Shown: piece after piece, positions 42,105 to 53,856 of the stretch
Layout: each line of letters begins with the position of its first letter
Position numbering within the stretch: position 1 is the first letter of the stretch
Assembly (NCBI GenBank): GCA_963843555.1
Contig: CAWJKV010000004.1
Location: forward strand, 32,001 to 96,000
Length of the DNA stretch: 64,000 bases
Direction: 5' to 3'
Source of the DNA: an uncultured Methanosarcinales archaeon
Lineage (GTDB): Archaea > Halobacteriota > Methanosarcinia > Methanotrichales > Methanotrichaceae
Translations under genes and position numbers: made by a program
Notes under the pieces: generated by a model
What the model saw: the letters and a program-made list of their open reading frames with translations, nothing else
Database searches by the model: none
Told to the model about the DNA's origin: nothing

Positions 42105-42584
42105 ATGCGTAAATTCTATGCTGATGCGAGAAGTTATCTGTTATTGGGCCTGGTCTTGATCTCCTTATCTTTAACTTCCATTGCCATGCCCGCGCTTAAT
42201 CTGACCAAGACATGCAACACAATATCAGCCTGTCCCGGTGATACGATATTCTATACTTTTGATTTAAAAAATAATGGAACAGAACCTCTCAGCAATCCAA
42301 CTCTCCTGGATGATCATCTCGGCAAAATTCCTGTTAACCGAAGCGTGCTCGAGGTCGGAGATAGTTGCATAGTGAGCGTTTCTTATCAAGTAAATGGCTC
42401 TGATCTGCCCGGTCCGCTGGTCAATTTTGCAAGAGCCACGGCTAAGTGTAGAGGTAGTGACGTATACTCGAATAATGCCAGCTTTGCAGTGAGTTTGGGT
42501 ATTATGGGATATGAGAACCTTTCTAAATATGGATATGCCAGCTTCGTTCCTGCAAATCCATTATCTTTGCAGAATTCAGCCTGA
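42105..42584 (+). CDS. Secreted Ig-like (DUF11-type) domain protein
   Basis: Signal peptide; LTKT...PGDTIFYTFDLKNNGTEPLSN...DD motif. Confidence 0.7.
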   Translation: MRKFYADARSYLLLGLVLISLSLTSIAMPALNLTKTCNTISACPGDTIFYTFDLKNNGTEPLSNPTLLDDHLGKIPVNRSVLEVGDSCIVSVSYQVNGSDLPGPLVNFARATAKCRGSDVYSNNASFAVSLGIMGYENLSKYGYASFVPANPLSLQNSA

Positions 42585-42798
42585 ATTCCAATTGTCTAGT
42601 CGGAATCGATGGAAGACCCAAGGTTCGCATGGGGAAGCATCTGAAGAATTAGAGTCCCCGGCCTCTACTCCTGCAACCTAACATAGCCTTATATAGATTT
42701 ATCTCTGTTTAGGGTTTGAATTGTTTTCCAGAAGCGCACCCCCTCAATCAGGAAATTCATCCACCTGTCAGAGGAGATCGTAATTCAGGTGAAATGAC

Positions 42799-42954
42799 AT
42801 GGATCAACCAAGCATGGATCAACCCAAGAAGAGTAAAAATGAAGTAGGAAGCAGGTCGGGACGGATAGTTATAGAGCAAGAGGACAAGGCGAGAGAGGCC
42901 CGCAGGTGGCAGCGCAAAAGAGAGACGATCAAACGATACGCTGGGGCAAAGTGA
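42799..42954 (+). CDS. Small basic hypothetical protein (51 aa, below the ORF track cutoff)
   Basis: AGGTGA RBS at about 42787; MDQPSMDQPKKSKNEVGSRSGRIVIEQEDKAREARRWQRKRETIKRYAGAK*. Confidence 0.4.
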   Translation: MDQPSMDQPKKSKNEVGSRSGRIVIEQEDKAREARRWQRKRETIKRYAGAK

Positions 42955-43202
42955 GTTCGCGCAAATAAAGCCCAATTTTTGCATTCAATCTTATCAGTAT
43001 TTTCGATTGTCCATTAGCGGCAGAGAATCCTGCCGCACGAGCCTCTACTCCATAAATTGTCAGTATTATGTTGTCGCAATCGTCTATATCTATTCTAAAC
43101 TATAAATAAAGGTTGGCGATCCGGGAAAGTGCTGCATTCTCTCTCCTTCTACTCGGATCTCCCCCACCACCTTCATCCAGATTCGTTCCTCGTAGCCCTG
43201 GA

Positions 43203-44180
43203 TCAGTCCTTCAAGCCTTCCATAGTCACAGAGAAGACCGCCTCGCCATCGGGCAGGTTCGGAGAATCGACCAGGCGTGCGATGCGCTTTTCGCCTTTGG
43301 ATTTGCGCAGGTACAACCGGAAGGTGGACGTATGGCCCAGCACGTGCCCGCCTACGGGTTTGGTCGGATCGCCAAAGAAGGTGTCCGGTTTGGACATGAC
43401 CTGGTTGGTGACCAATATCAGGGCATTGTTCAGGTCTCCAAAGCGCATCAGATCGTGCAGGTGCTTGTTCAACTTCTGCTGGCGGTCGGCCAGTGTGCCT
43501 CGCCCCACGTACTCCGCCCGGAAGTGAGCCGTCACGGAGTCCACGATCAGCAGGCGAACCGGCCGCTCAGAATCTTTGAGCTTCTCGGCCAGGTCCATGG
43601 CGCTCTCTGCCAAAAGGATCTGGTGATTGGAGTTGAAAGCCCTGGCCACACTGATATTCTTCAGAAACTCCTCTACATCCCAAACCCGATCATCAGGTGC
43701 GGGGGGCAATCCCTTAACCATCTGGGCGATGCGCTCCGGCCGGAAAGTGTTCTCAGTATCGATGATTATGGCCGAGCCGTTCAAGCCGCCCATTTCGGTT
43801 GGCAGTTGAACATTGATGGCCAATTGGTGGGCGACCTGGGTTTTGCCGCAGCCAAACTCTCCATAGAGCTCCACTATGGACTGGGTCTCCATTCCACCGC
43901 CCAATAGCTCATTGAAGCTCTTGCAGCTGGTGGTGATCTTGCCCACGTGCTTGCGGCGCTCTAAAATTCGATCTCCAGTCTCAAAGCCGCCAACGTCCGC
44001 AGCTTCTCGTGCCCCGGCGATGATCTTGGCAGCGGTAGCCTCGCCCACTTCCGCCGCGGCCACAAGCTCCCCCGGAGATGCAACAGCAATGGCTTCAATG
44101 GAGTTAAAGCCTGCCTCGCGCAGCTTTTCAGCAGTGGCCGGACCCACGCCCGGCAGATCTTCCAGTAATTTTGTTGCCAT
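43203..44180 (-). CDS. radA: DNA repair and recombination protein RadA (no intein)
   Basis: LEDLPGVG Hh[28 protein letters not shown] and ARLVDSP. Confidence 0.96.
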   Translation of the reverse strand: MATKLLEDLPGVGPATAEKLREAGFNSIEAIAVASPGELVAAAEVGEATAAKIIAGAREAADVGGFETGDRILERRKHVGKITTSCKSFNELLGGGMETQSIVELYGEFGCGKTQVAHQLAINVQLPTEMGGLNGSAIIIDTENTFRPERIAQMVKGLPPAPDDRVWDVEEFLKNISVARAFNSNHQILLAESAMDLAEKLKDSERPVRLLIVDSVTAHFRAEYVGRGTLADRQQKLNKHLHDLMRFGDLNNALILVTNQVMSKPDTFFGDPTKPVGGHVLGHTSTFRLYLRKSKGEKRIARLVDSPNLPDGEAVFSVTMEGLKD

Positions 44181-44226
44181 CTTCCTAGTTCCTCTGTTTG
44201 GTGTTCGCATGCCTTACTTAACTTCC

Positions 44227-45342
44227 TTACTCAGGCGGGGCGAAAGTAATCCTGGTGCGCCATCCACAGGAGAGCTCCAATCCTTCATTCCAGCCATTCT
44301 TGACCTGGACATCGGTCAGCTCCGCCTTGTAGCCCAGATCCAGACCCTGCAAGAGATCTACATGATCTCCCCAGAGGGCCACCTTCACTCTGCCTGAATT
44401 GTCAGAGACGTAGATACTGGCGACCCGCCCGGCTCTACCGTCATCTCTCTGAAACTCCCGCACCTCTCCCAGACCCGTCACAAAGCCCGAGACGCTGCAG
44501 ATCGTGCCCGCTTTCAGGTCGGCTATCGGCGTTATCTTTTCAGAAAAGTCCAGCTTTTGGCTGCTCTTTCGGACGGCTGTACCACTGCCTGTCTGGATCT
44601 CCAGCGATCCGTATCTTTCCCGCGACGAACCGCTTATGACCTCGATCGTTTCTCCTTTTGCAAGCGGCATTTGGGCCTGCTCATTCCAGAGGGTAAGCCT
44701 GATCTTGCCGGTCTCATCTCCCAGGAGAACCCCTCGAACCTGGCCTTTGCCGCCATCTTTGCGCACGAACTCCCTGATCTCGCCGGGGTCCACGACCACT
44801 GCCAGCAAGCTGACATCGCCCATATCTCTTTTAATCTCCGCGATCTTATAGGGAGCAACCCTGGGTTTGATGTCCTGGTCCACCTCTTCGATGCCGCCAC
44901 TATGGCCCAGGCTCACCTCAGTTCCCGCATAGCCCTCTTTGGCTAGCCCCCTCACTTTGAGGCACTGATCTACAGCCAGATCCCCTGATCTGATCATCTC
45001 CGTGCTCTCATCCCACAGAGCCAGCCGCACCGAACCGGTCTCATCGGCCAGGGTTATATTGGCCACCCGGCCCATTGATCCGTCAGAACGCTGAAACTCG
45101 CGGACCTCGGAGACTGTGAGAACTCGCCCTGTGAAGGTGACATTTCCCATCTCCGGCCGGATGCTTCCAATCTTGGTCAACACCTCCGTTGTACCCAGAT
45201 CTCTGGCCACAAGCATGGCCGCTGTCCTGGAATCGCATAGACCTGCCATGAGCGCCACCTTCTCTGCCACCCTGGCCTCGAAGTCCTCAGGAGTTAGCTG
45301 ATCGGCCACCTGACTGTAAATCTCCTCTAGTTCCGCATCCAT
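44227..45342 (-). CDS. rpa: Replication protein A (three OB folds)
   Basis: Three repeats of REFxRxDG...D(E/N)(T/S)G-x-(V/I)(R/K)-x-LW; upstream of radA. Confidence 0.88.
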   Translation of the reverse strand: MDAELEEIYSQVADQLTPEDFEARVAEKVALMAGLCDSRTAAMLVARDLGTTEVLTKIGSIRPEMGNVTFTGRVLTVSEVREFQRSDGSMGRVANITLADETGSVRLALWDESTEMIRSGDLAVDQCLKVRGLAKEGYAGTEVSLGHSGGIEEVDQDIKPRVAPYKIAEIKRDMGDVSLLAVVVDPGEIREFVRKDGGKGQVRGVLLGDETGKIRLTLWNEQAQMPLAKGETIEVISGSSRERYGSLEIQTGSGTAVRKSSQKLDFSEKITPIADLKAGTICSVSGFVTGLGEVREFQRDDGRAGRVASIYVSDNSGRVKVALWGDHVDLLQGLDLGYKAELTDVQVKNGWNEGLELSCGWRTRITFAPPE

Positions 45343-45348
45343 CCCCGG

Positions 45349-47082
45349 TCATCCGTGAATAGCGTAGCGTTCTTCCAGGTACTTCAGATATGGAGCATGG
45401 CAGCTGGCCAGGAAGGCGTTGCAGACCTCGGCCGGATTCCCGTCCGCCACCAGGGCTCCATTCTCAATAAGTATGGCCCTGTGAGAGACCTCCTTGACGA
45501 AATCCACATGGTGGCTCACCAGAATAATGGTGGTGCCGAATCTTGCATTGATCTTCTTGATGGAATTGGAGACCTCCCGCAAGGTGATGGGATCGATATC
45601 TCCAAAGGGCTCGTCCAGGATCAGTATCTTTGGTCTGGCTGCCAGGAGTATGGCTAAAGATGCTCTCACCAGCTCGCCGCCTGATAGTTGTTCTGGCAGC
45701 TTCCACATGGCCTCCTTGTCGAGGGACATCAGATCAAAGATGGGCTCGGCAAACTTGCTGGCCTCCGTCATAGGGAAACGGGGGAATAGTTCCTTGAATA
45801 TATCACGGGTCAGTCCCAAAGACTCAAATGCGGCTTTAGCGTCATCTTCCGACATATCCGTCATGGCGTAGATGATATCGAGCACCTTATCGCTTATGCC
45901 CAGTTCCTCGGCCATAGCCCGGGCGTGATCGATCACATCATTGCCTTTGATGCCCATTTGGTAGGCGATCTGATCGATGATGGTCTCGCTGGCATAGAGG
46001 GCGAACTCCTGATACATGATGCCTAGAGTCCGGCGCACATTCATTCTGTCGGGCGAGTAGTTCATCATGTCCACCCATTTATCTTGGTACCGATAATAGA
46101 CGGCCCCTTCGTCCGGCATCCTGACGCCCTGCATGATCTTGAGTAGAGTGGTCTTTCCTCCACCGCTGTTGCCTATGAAAGAAGTGATCTCTCCCTCGTT
46201 TATATCGAAGTTGAGGTTCTCCATATTCAGTACGTTCAGGACCTCTCCTGTGCAGATCTGGCAGCCCCTCTTGGATATGCCTCTTACCCTGATCAAGGGC
46301 TGGGCATTGGTTATTTCCGCCAGAGGCTCCATTTTTCCAATACCGGCCATGAACTTGTCTAAGACATCCCTGGGCTTCCCCTCGGCCACTATTTCCCCGT
46401 TCTCCAGCCAGAGCAGCCTGTCGGCCAGATATTCATGAATTTCGGGCAGATGCGATACTACTACTATGGTTAGACCAAGCTCTTTATTCACATTCTTAAT
46501 GGCGTCCAGCACCTCTTGCTTTGTGGCCGGACAGGCCATGGTGGCCGGCTCGTCCAGGAGAAGGACCTTGGGCTTCTTGGACAGCTGCCTGGCTATGAGG
46601 AGCCTCTGCTTTTCTCCGCCGCTGAGGATAGTGGCCAGGTGATTGGCCTTCTTCTCCAGCCCCACCAGGCGGAGGTAGTATAGGGCCTCCTTGTACATGG
46701 CATCGTAGTCTGAATCCTCGGGTATTGGCAGCACCTCAAAGCCCGTCTTGCGGGAGTGGATCCGTCGCACCACGTTTTTGAGAGCAGACTCCGTCCAGAG
46801 GGCGAAATCCCTTTGCAGATGTATGGCGGTGGCGGCCAATTGCGCCCTTACTACTTCGCCACTGGAATCGGGCGTTATGGTGACGCCGTCAATGATGATC
46901 TTGCCAGAATCGAAGCTCTCCATACCTCTCAGGATCTTCATCAGGGTGCTCTTGCCCCCCCCGCTCTTGCCCACCACTCCCAAAATCTCACCTGGCCGGG
47001 TGGTGAAGCTGACATTCTTAAGAGCTACAATATCCCTGTCCTTCAACCTATAGGTCTTGGACAGATTCTCAATCTGGAGCAA
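45349..47082 (-). CDS. atwA: Methyl-coenzyme M reductase system component A2 (double ABC ATPase)
   Basis: Two ABC cassettes (GKSGGGKS, GNSGGGKT), AIHLQRDF and LDEPFGDIDPIT. Confidence 0.85.
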   Translation of the reverse strand: MLQIENLSKTYRLKDRDIVALKNVSFTTRPGEILGVVGKSGGGKSTLMKILRGMESFDSGKIIIDGVTITPDSSGEVVRAQLAATAIHLQRDFALWTESALKNVVRRIHSRKTGFEVLPIPEDSDYDAMYKEALYYLRLVGLEKKANHLATILSGGEKQRLLIARQLSKKPKVLLLDEPATMACPATKQEVLDAIKNVNKELGLTIVVVSHLPEIHEYLADRLLWLENGEIVAEGKPRDVLDKFMAGIGKMEPLAEITNAQPLIRVRGISKRGCQICTGEVLNVLNMENLNFDINEGEITSFIGNSGGGKTTLLKIMQGVRMPDEGAVYYRYQDKWVDMMNYSPDRMNVRRTLGIMYQEFALYASETIIDQIAYQMGIKGNDVIDHARAMAEELGISDKVLDIIYAMTDMSEDDAKAAFESLGLTRDIFKELFPRFPMTEASKFAEPIFDLMSLDKEAMWKLPEQLSGGELVRASLAILLAARPKILILDEPFGDIDPITLREVSNSIKKINARFGTTIILVSHHVDFVKEVSHRAILIENGALVADGNPAEVCNAFLASCHAPYLKYLEERYAIHG

Positions 47083-47094
47083 AATTATAACCTC

Positions 47095-49110
47095 CTATCT
47101 TACTTTAGTTCCTATTTCCACTGCGTCCCTTGGCCGCAGCAACACGGCTTTCCCGCCAGCATCCGCTGCCAGGAGCATGGCCTGGGACTCGATGCCGAAG
47201 AGCTTGGCGGGCAACAGATTGGCCAGGACGACCACCTGGGTTCCCACCAGATCCTCAGGAGAATAGGACTGGGCGATGCCAGCCACAACCTGGCGAATCT
47301 CGCTCCCGATATCTACATCGAGCTTGAGAAGTTTATTCGAGCCTTTTATGGGGCTTGCCGTTTTTAATCTCTCCGATGCACAGATCCAGAGACTGGAAAT
47401 CCTCAAAGGAGATCTCGCCTTTTTTCTTTGCGGTCTTTCCTTTTTCCTTGGACTCGGCCTGCTCCATCCTCTCCTTGAAGATCCTGTCCAGATCTTTGAC
47501 GAAGGCCTCTTCCATGCGAGAGAAAAGAATCTCGGGGACACCCGAGCTTCTGGCCCAAACGATGGGCACGACGGCCTCCTGGAAGGACTTTTCAGCGACC
47601 GTTCCCGCCATTCCGATCTGCTTCCAGGCAGCTTCCATTTTGGCAGGCATGACCGGTTCCATTAGAATGACCAGCGCCTTGGCGATCTGCAGACAGCTTA
47701 TAAGAACTGAACCGGCCGATTCTTTATCATTCTTGATCAGCTTCCAGGGCTCGTGATTCTGGAAGTATATGTTGCCATAGTCCGCCAGGGTCATAATACT
47801 GTCTGTGGCCTTCTTGAACTCGTACTCCTCCAGACCGGATATAACTTCCGCCATGGTCTGACCGATCCTGGCCATGACCTCGTCGTCAATAACACCTTGT
47901 GGAACCTGTCCCTCAAAGTTCTTCACGCTGAAGGTCAGGGCGCGGTTAAGGAAGTTGCCAAAAGCACCCACCAGTTCGGTATTAACTTTATCGGCAAATA
48001 TCTTCCAGGCGAAGTTGACCTCCTTGTTGTGAGCAGTGTAGCTGGCCAGATAGTAGCGCAGCAGATCGGGATGAAGGCCCTTATCCAGGTAATCGTCTTT
48101 CACCCAGATGACATTGCCCCGGGATTTGGAGAATTTCTTGTCGTCTATCTTGAGCATGCCACTGGCGACGACGTCAGAAGGCAGGGTATATCCGGCTCCT
48201 TTGAGCATGGCCGGCCAGAAGATGCAATGATGGTAGACAATGTCTCCCCCGATGAAGTGGATGATTTTGGCTCCATCCATCCAGTAGGCCTTCCAGTCCT
48301 TGCCATTTTTGGCACACCATTCCTCGGTGAAGGCGATGTAGCCAATGGGCGCATCCACCCAGACGTAGACCACCAGTTCGCTATGGCCAGGGAACTTCAC
48401 GCCCCAGGCCATGTTGCGGGTTATGCACCAGTCCTTCAACTCCGTCCGGACCCACTCCATAGCGTAATTTCGGGCTGACGCAGTTCCGCCCAGGGTCTCC
48501 AGATACTTAAGCAAAAATTCTTTGAACTCCGAGAGCTTGAAGAAGTAATGAATCTGTTTGCGATACTCGGCTTTGCCGCTGCAGACCTTGCAGATGGCGT
48601 TCTTGATCTCGCCGGGCTCCAGATGGCGGCCGCAGCCCATGTCACATTCATCGCCGCGAGCGGGTTTTCCGCAATAGGGGCATTCACCTTCCACGTACCT
48701 GTCCGGCAAAAAGCGTTCGCACTTCGGACAGTAGGCCAGCTCTATCTCTTTGGGGTAGACGTAGCCCCCATCCATGAGGGCCTTTACCATTTCATGAGTG
48801 CGATTGTGGCAGGCAGGATCGTCCGTGTCTTCCAAAGAAATCGAAATTAACGCCCATTCCTTTAAAGATCCCGTCAAAGTGCTGGTGGTACTTGGCTAGC
48901 CAGCTCAGACGGCGCCATCCCTTGAGCCTCGGCGTTGACCACAATGGGAGTCCCGTGGGCGTCCGAGCCGCAGACGAAAAGAATTTCCCTGCCCATCTTC
49001 TTTAACCCTCTGACGAAGATGTCCGCCGGTACATAAGTTCTTAAATGGCCCAGATGACATGGCCCATTGGCGTAGGGCAGTCCACAGGTTACAAGGATAG
49101 GCGATGACAA
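47095..49110 (-). CDS. metG: Methionyl-tRNA synthetase with C-terminal tRNA-binding domain, several indels
   Basis: [12 protein letters not shown], zinc knuckles, [15 protein letters not shown] and Trbp111-like [19 protein letters not shown]. Confidence 0.95.
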
Positions 49111-49341
49111 TGAGAACACCGCCTCTCGGTATGGTGCAACAGGGAGATATAGATTTCCCAGGCGGGCGAAGTCACCAGGATTAAACATTCCTATCGGCTG
49201 AATAGCCAAAGCAGCCCGAAAAGATCAAGCAAGATCCGAGCAGCAATCCTGGATAAAATGTATATAATCGGATGGCAAATGCAGGTAATAATATCAAATT
49301 AGCCACCTCATAGGAGATAATAGATCTAACGGGGGTATCAG

Positions 49342-50525
49342 ATGAGATTAATTATTCTAGCCCTTTTGCTGGCTCTAGCCTTCAGCACGGCTCAAGCCTA
49401 TCCGCTGCAGGGCAGCGATGGAACCGCAACAGTCACACTCTTTGGGGCAGTCAGAGCGCCTCTTAACGACACTTCGGAGATCCTGAAGGTTGATATCGGT
49501 CTTATGGGCACTGAGAACGCAACATATGAACTGTTGGATGCCGATGATCGTGTCTACAAACCCGGCCTGTATAAGACTCTCACTCCAGAACGGCAGCTGG
49601 TCTATTTCATCATTCCAAAAGATGATCTCTTCAAGCTCTTAACGGCATTGCCTTCAGACGGAAAAGCCATCAACATCAACTGGTGGGCAACACCCAAAAA
49701 AAGTAACAATGATTTGGTGATAAGGTACTACGGAATAACGGATTGGCTAATCAATCCAGATGAGCAGGGCATTGTCCTTCAGGTCCGCGCCCAGAACAAT
49801 GGCACCCATGACCTGCTCGTCAGCCCGGAGAACTTCACCCTCCTGGATCAGTGGGGCTGGCCTTACAGTCCCACGGCTGGATTCGATTCTGAGAATGTCG
49901 GACCGCAAAATGCCACAGAACGAGTCTTGCTGGGCTTCACCGGCATCCCTATACTCAGCAAGCCAGCCGCTCTGGCATACGATTACAATGGTGCCAACCA
50001 GATCCTCATAGACTTTGATAAGGACTACGCGCCTCTTCCCGATGCCACTGTCTATGGCCCCAATGCTACAAAGAGCACCGCCACTGCGCAGCCAGCCCCG
50101 GCATCGTTGGCAACACCCGTCCTGGCGACGCCCACCCCGGCGGCAAATCAGACCAACCAGACAGCCGCGGCTCCGGCCAACAACACCACCATAAAGCTCA
50201 GCTCTCTCAAGGAGAAGATCGCCGCCAGCAAAGCGAGGCTTGCTGGAGTGGGGGGTTCAAACGACAGCGACCAGAAGTCTGCCGTAGGCTCAAGTATCAC
50301 CTCCAGCCTTAACGCCACGCGTGAAAGGCTCGCGGCCACGAGGGCGAATCTCGATAAGCAGACAAAGAATGACACATCGAATAACACATCAACGTCGAAT
50401 GTTCCATTGAACAGTACACTCAATAGCAACAATACTCTGAATAGCACGCTGAACAACACTTTGAATAAAACCCGAATAGCACTCCCAATGGCATGCAAAA
50501 AAGCATCTCGAGCATGTCAGCCTAA
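49342..50525 (+). CDS. Secreted DUF4352-like Ig-fold protein with Thr/Pro/Asn-rich tail; the ORF track runs to 50634, probably via an indel
   Basis: Signal peptide, AYPLQG, NFTLLDQWGW and LNST repeats; alternative frame NSTPNGMQKSISSMSA* ends just before a terminator. Confidence 0.7.
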
Positions 50526-50550
50526 ATTGATGGCGTCCTCCATATCTCCA

Positions 50551-50579
50551 GGGCCCGGGATGCCCGGGCTCTTTTTTTC
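50551..50579 (+). terminator. Hairpin plus T-tract terminator
   Basis: gggcccggg-atg-cccgggctc followed by ttttttt. Confidence 0.65.
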
Positions 50580-50634
50580 AAAACCTCCCAAAGGACCCAA
50601 AAGATTATATCATAACATCAGAGTTATGTTATAG

Positions 50635-51580
50635 ATGAGATGTATAGTTCTGGTTCTGTTCATTGTGCTCGTATCTGGAATCGCCCACGGTTATCCTCTG
50701 CAGGCAAGCAATGGAGTTGTCAACTGCACTGTCTTTGGCTCTTTCCCGGATCCCTGGCCTGCGGGAAACGCAAATGCCGACTCATATTTTGTCCTCAATG
50801 TGGACCTGAGCCTGACAAGGATAAATGCCAGCAATAATACCCCTATTCGAGCCGTCTACAGTCTCAAGGACGGCAATGATCGGCTCTTCAAAGCGAGCAA
50901 GGAATATGCGAAAGAGCTCCAATCCGGCCGATGGCTGATAGGTTTCGTGGTTCCCAGGGAGACGATTGCCAGGAACCTGATTGTAGACGTCTCCGGGGAT
51001 CCCGCCAGCGGCAAACAGTTCTCTCTGCGCTTCCCGGAGCTCATCTAATTCCAGCGACGGCAATGTGACACTACTCTACTATGGCGTATTGCGGTCCTGG
51101 GTAAGTTCCAATAAAAAGACCATCGTATTGGACACTGCCTGTGACCAATAACGGAACGCTGGAAATTGCCTGTTCTGGCCCAGAACTTCACTTTGAAGGA
51201 TCAGTGGGGCTGGAAGTACAATGGAAATCAGTATGACGTCCTGGGGAATAAGGGTATATCTAAGGTGGTGCTGGAGCCCAACGGGACCATAAGGGCAGCC
51301 CTGATCTTCAGCTCCCTTTCACCTATAAGCCGGCCGGTCGAGCTGGTTTATCAGTACTCCAATAACAGCTCCCTGGCCCTGGATATAGATCCTGAGTCGG
51401 ACCTCTGCCTGGCCGCAAAGCATTATGAGCAGCAGTGAATGCAACCGTGCTGAGGAACAAACCGCATCCGATCCCACCAGCCTGGCGGGGTCCCTCAAGT
51501 CCAGCAAAGGCCGGCTGGACAAGGCGGATGCGAATGCAGAAGGCAACAGTGTCGCGAGAAAAGGACGAGATGATCTCTAG
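50635..51580 (+). CDS. Secreted paralog of the upstream gene, broken by several indels
   Basis: Signal peptide, GYPLQA and NFTLKDQWGW; C-terminal LAGSLKSSKGRL parallels LKEKIAASKARL. Confidence 0.65.
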
Positions 51581-51593
51581 AAGGTAGGAGAAA

Positions 51594-52604
51594 ATGGTTT
51601 TTGCACCAATACATTACATTCCTTCAGCAATCTCCGCTCTCCTGATCATTTTTCTTGCCGGGAGGGTTCGCCCTCATAAGATCCTGGCCTTAATTATGGC
51701 CTCGTTCGCCGTCCTGGGACTGGTGGGCTATCTCTCCCGGGGAGAATTGCGTTTTTATCCTTTGGATCAACATGTTCTGCACTCCTGGCTGGGCACAATT
51801 GCGCTCTTGCTATCCCTGACCCTCTTTCTGGACGGAATGCTAATTCATAAACTTCGCGGGAAGGCTCACTGCCGATTGGGCTATATAGCCGCATTTTTCG
51901 CCGTCCTCGCGCTGTTGAGCGGCCTATCCATCTTCTTTGGATTGCAGCTTTTGCCGCCAGAGAATCCTTTGCCCGGGGAGACCTCCGTTCCAACATCAGT
52001 GCAGGCCGGGCCGGCACAAGAGAACGCATCCCATGTCCTGCCGGAGGTGGAGGCCCTGGAGTATCAGGGCAAGAAATTGACGCCCTTGAGCCAGCAGGGG
52101 AACAACGCCATCCAGGGAACGCAGGTTATCGACAAGAATACTTACCGGTTAACTGTCACGGGCCTTGTCGAGAGAGATCTGTTCATGAGTTATGAGGAGC
52201 TTCTCAATCTACCAGCCTATGCGGAGGAGGCATACATGCCCTGCGTAGAAGGATGGGGATTTGACGCCAAGTGGACCGGATTTAGGGTCGTGGATCTGCT
52301 CAATCTCTCCGGCTTGAAGCCAGATGCAAGCTATGTTGTGTTCCACTCCTCGGATGGCTACTCAACAGGCTTACCACTCGATTATTTGAGTGCAAATAAG
52401 ATCCTGCTGGCGTATGGCATCAATGACGTCACTTTGCCTCCTGAGAGGGGTTTTCCCTTCCAGTTAGTCGCCAGGAGTCGGTACGGCTACAAATGGGGCA
52501 AATGGATAACCAAGATCGAGGTCGTGGATAAGGAAGAGAGAGGCTACTGGGAGGCGAGAGGCTACAGCAATAGCGCCAAAGTGGGGGAGTTCCCCTTCGG
52601 GTGA
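51594..52604 (+). CDS. Membrane-anchored molybdopterin-dependent oxidoreductase (sulfite oxidase family)
   Basis: Four N-terminal TM helices with His residues; PCVEGW, WTG, DGYSTGLP, GFPFQL, YGYKWGKW and GYWE. Confidence 0.85.
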   Translation: MVFAPIHYIPSAISALLIIFLAGRVRPHKILALIMASFAVLGLVGYLSRGELRFYPLDQHVLHSWLGTIALLLSLTLFLDGMLIHKLRGKAHCRLGYIAAFFAVLALLSGLSIFFGLQLLPPENPLPGETSVPTSVQAGPAQENASHVLPEVEALEYQGKKLTPLSQQGNNAIQGTQVIDKNTYRLTVTGLVERDLFMSYEELLNLPAYAEEAYMPCVEGWGFDAKWTGFRVVDLLNLSGLKPDASYVVFHSSDGYSTGLPLDYLSANKILLAYGINDVTLPPERGFPFQLVARSRYGYKWGKWITKIEVVDKEERGYWEARGYSNSAKVGEFPFG

Positions 52605-52622
52605 ACAAGACTTATCTCTCGA

Positions 52623-53411
52623 CTAAACAACCGCATGAGGGATTATTGTCGGTTCAGATTTGACCATCCTGGAATACAGATCCGTATACAGTTCCGACAC
52701 CCCCTTAAGGACTCTGTATCCCTTCTCGGTTATCATATAGTCTCCTCTTTCATGCCTCTGCAGGATCATTCCGCCATCTTGCAGCTTCTGCAAATGGAAT
52801 AGCAAATTGCCGCCCCGCAGTCCAGTGAGCCTGGAAAGAGCTGAAAATGTCTTAGTCTCCCCGGAAAGGGCCTTCAGCATTTGCAGCCTCTGCTTATTGC
52901 TCAGGGGCTCAAGGATATCGCTGACTATGTTCTCTTCCGGCAGGTCCTTCACCGATTCCCTGGTCACATCATTATCCCGGTATACCCTGAGAGAGCGCAT
53001 CAAGTCAGTCTGCTTGTCGAAGAGCCTGAATGCTTCGGAGAAGCAATTCTTGCACTGCTCATATGGAGCCTTACCCCGCATTTGCTCCATCTTAGATTTC
53101 GTGTTTCTCATGGAATCCTCTGATACTTCGCGCTCTCTGATCTGTTCCAGGTTGTTTTTGAGAAGATCTGAGAACAGCCCTTTGCAAGCTTCCTTCATAT
53201 GACAATCCCTCACCATTTTGCCTTCCAGACCGTTCTCTATCTCGCCTGTTGCATATCCCGAGATCACGCCTAAAAAATCGCTTCTGCAACCATTGACGAT
53301 CGACGTCAAATGCTGCTGGTTCGAGCGTTCCATGAACCTCAACATATCTTCATGCATAATGTCAAGCTTTGACTTGATTGCATCAACTTCGCCCTGAAGT
53401 TTCGCATTCAT
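52623..53411 (-). CDS. ArsR-type winged-HTH regulator with Cys-containing N-terminal domain
   Basis: EPLSNKQRLQMLKAL...FSALSRLTGLRGGNLLFHLQKL; CHMKEAC and CKNC. Confidence 0.82.
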   Translation of the reverse strand: MNAKLQGEVDAIKSKLDIMHEDMLRFMERSNQQHLTSIVNGCRSDFLGVISGYATGEIENGLEGKMVRDCHMKEACKGLFSDLLKNNLEQIREREVSEDSMRNTKSKMEQMRGKAPYEQCKNCFSEAFRLFDKQTDLMRSLRVYRDNDVTRESVKDLPEENIVSDILEPLSNKQRLQMLKALSGETKTFSALSRLTGLRGGNLLFHLQKLQDGGMILQRHERGDYMITEKGYRVLKGVSELYTDLYSRMVKSEPTIIPHAVV

Positions 53412-53555
53412 GATAGCATCTGCAACCGCTAAAGTTAAAAAGGTTTCTATTTTATATCTCAGGGTTAATTTTGTGCATTGAATTACACCTTGTACAGTAT
53501 AATAACGCTAAAGTATATATTCACAACTGATGAATACACTCATTGGTGAAAACCC

Positions 53556-53795
53556 ATGAGTATAAAAGACGAGATACATGCACAGATTGAAGGTGCTCTG
53601 AAGAACGCCAAATTTCCCCTGAATACACCCGTTGAGCTTCTGGCTGCCTTGCCCCAAGGTGCTGCCACCAAATGCAAAGCAGGAGACGTAGAACTTACTG
53701 CGGGCGACGCCGGAAAGGTCTTGAAGCCCAGCGATTTCCCCTTCAAGAGTGCCAGACAGGTTGCAGACGTGATCGTGGAGCGAGCAGGACTTTGA
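53556..53795 (+). CDS. MTH865-like protein
   Basis: AKFPLNTPVELLAALPQGAATKC...DFPFKSARQVAD. Confidence 0.8.
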   Translation: MSIKDEIHAQIEGALKNAKFPLNTPVELLAALPQGAATKCKAGDVELTAGDAGKVLKPSDFPFKSARQVADVIVERAGL

Positions 53796-53856
53796 TAGAA
53801 TTTTAACAATTATTTAATATCAAAGCCGTAGCAAAAAAACAGGTATGGTGTTGTAT

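Noticed and set aside
2235..51580. Frameshifts in nadA, sufS, larE, polC, GCS2, metG and secreted genes as programmed frameshifting or mass pseudogenisation
   Set aside because: They hit essential genes (polC, metG), show no consistent slippery motif, and the flanking protein sequence is well conserved. Uncorrected sequencing indels are the simplest explanation; read polishing would settle it.
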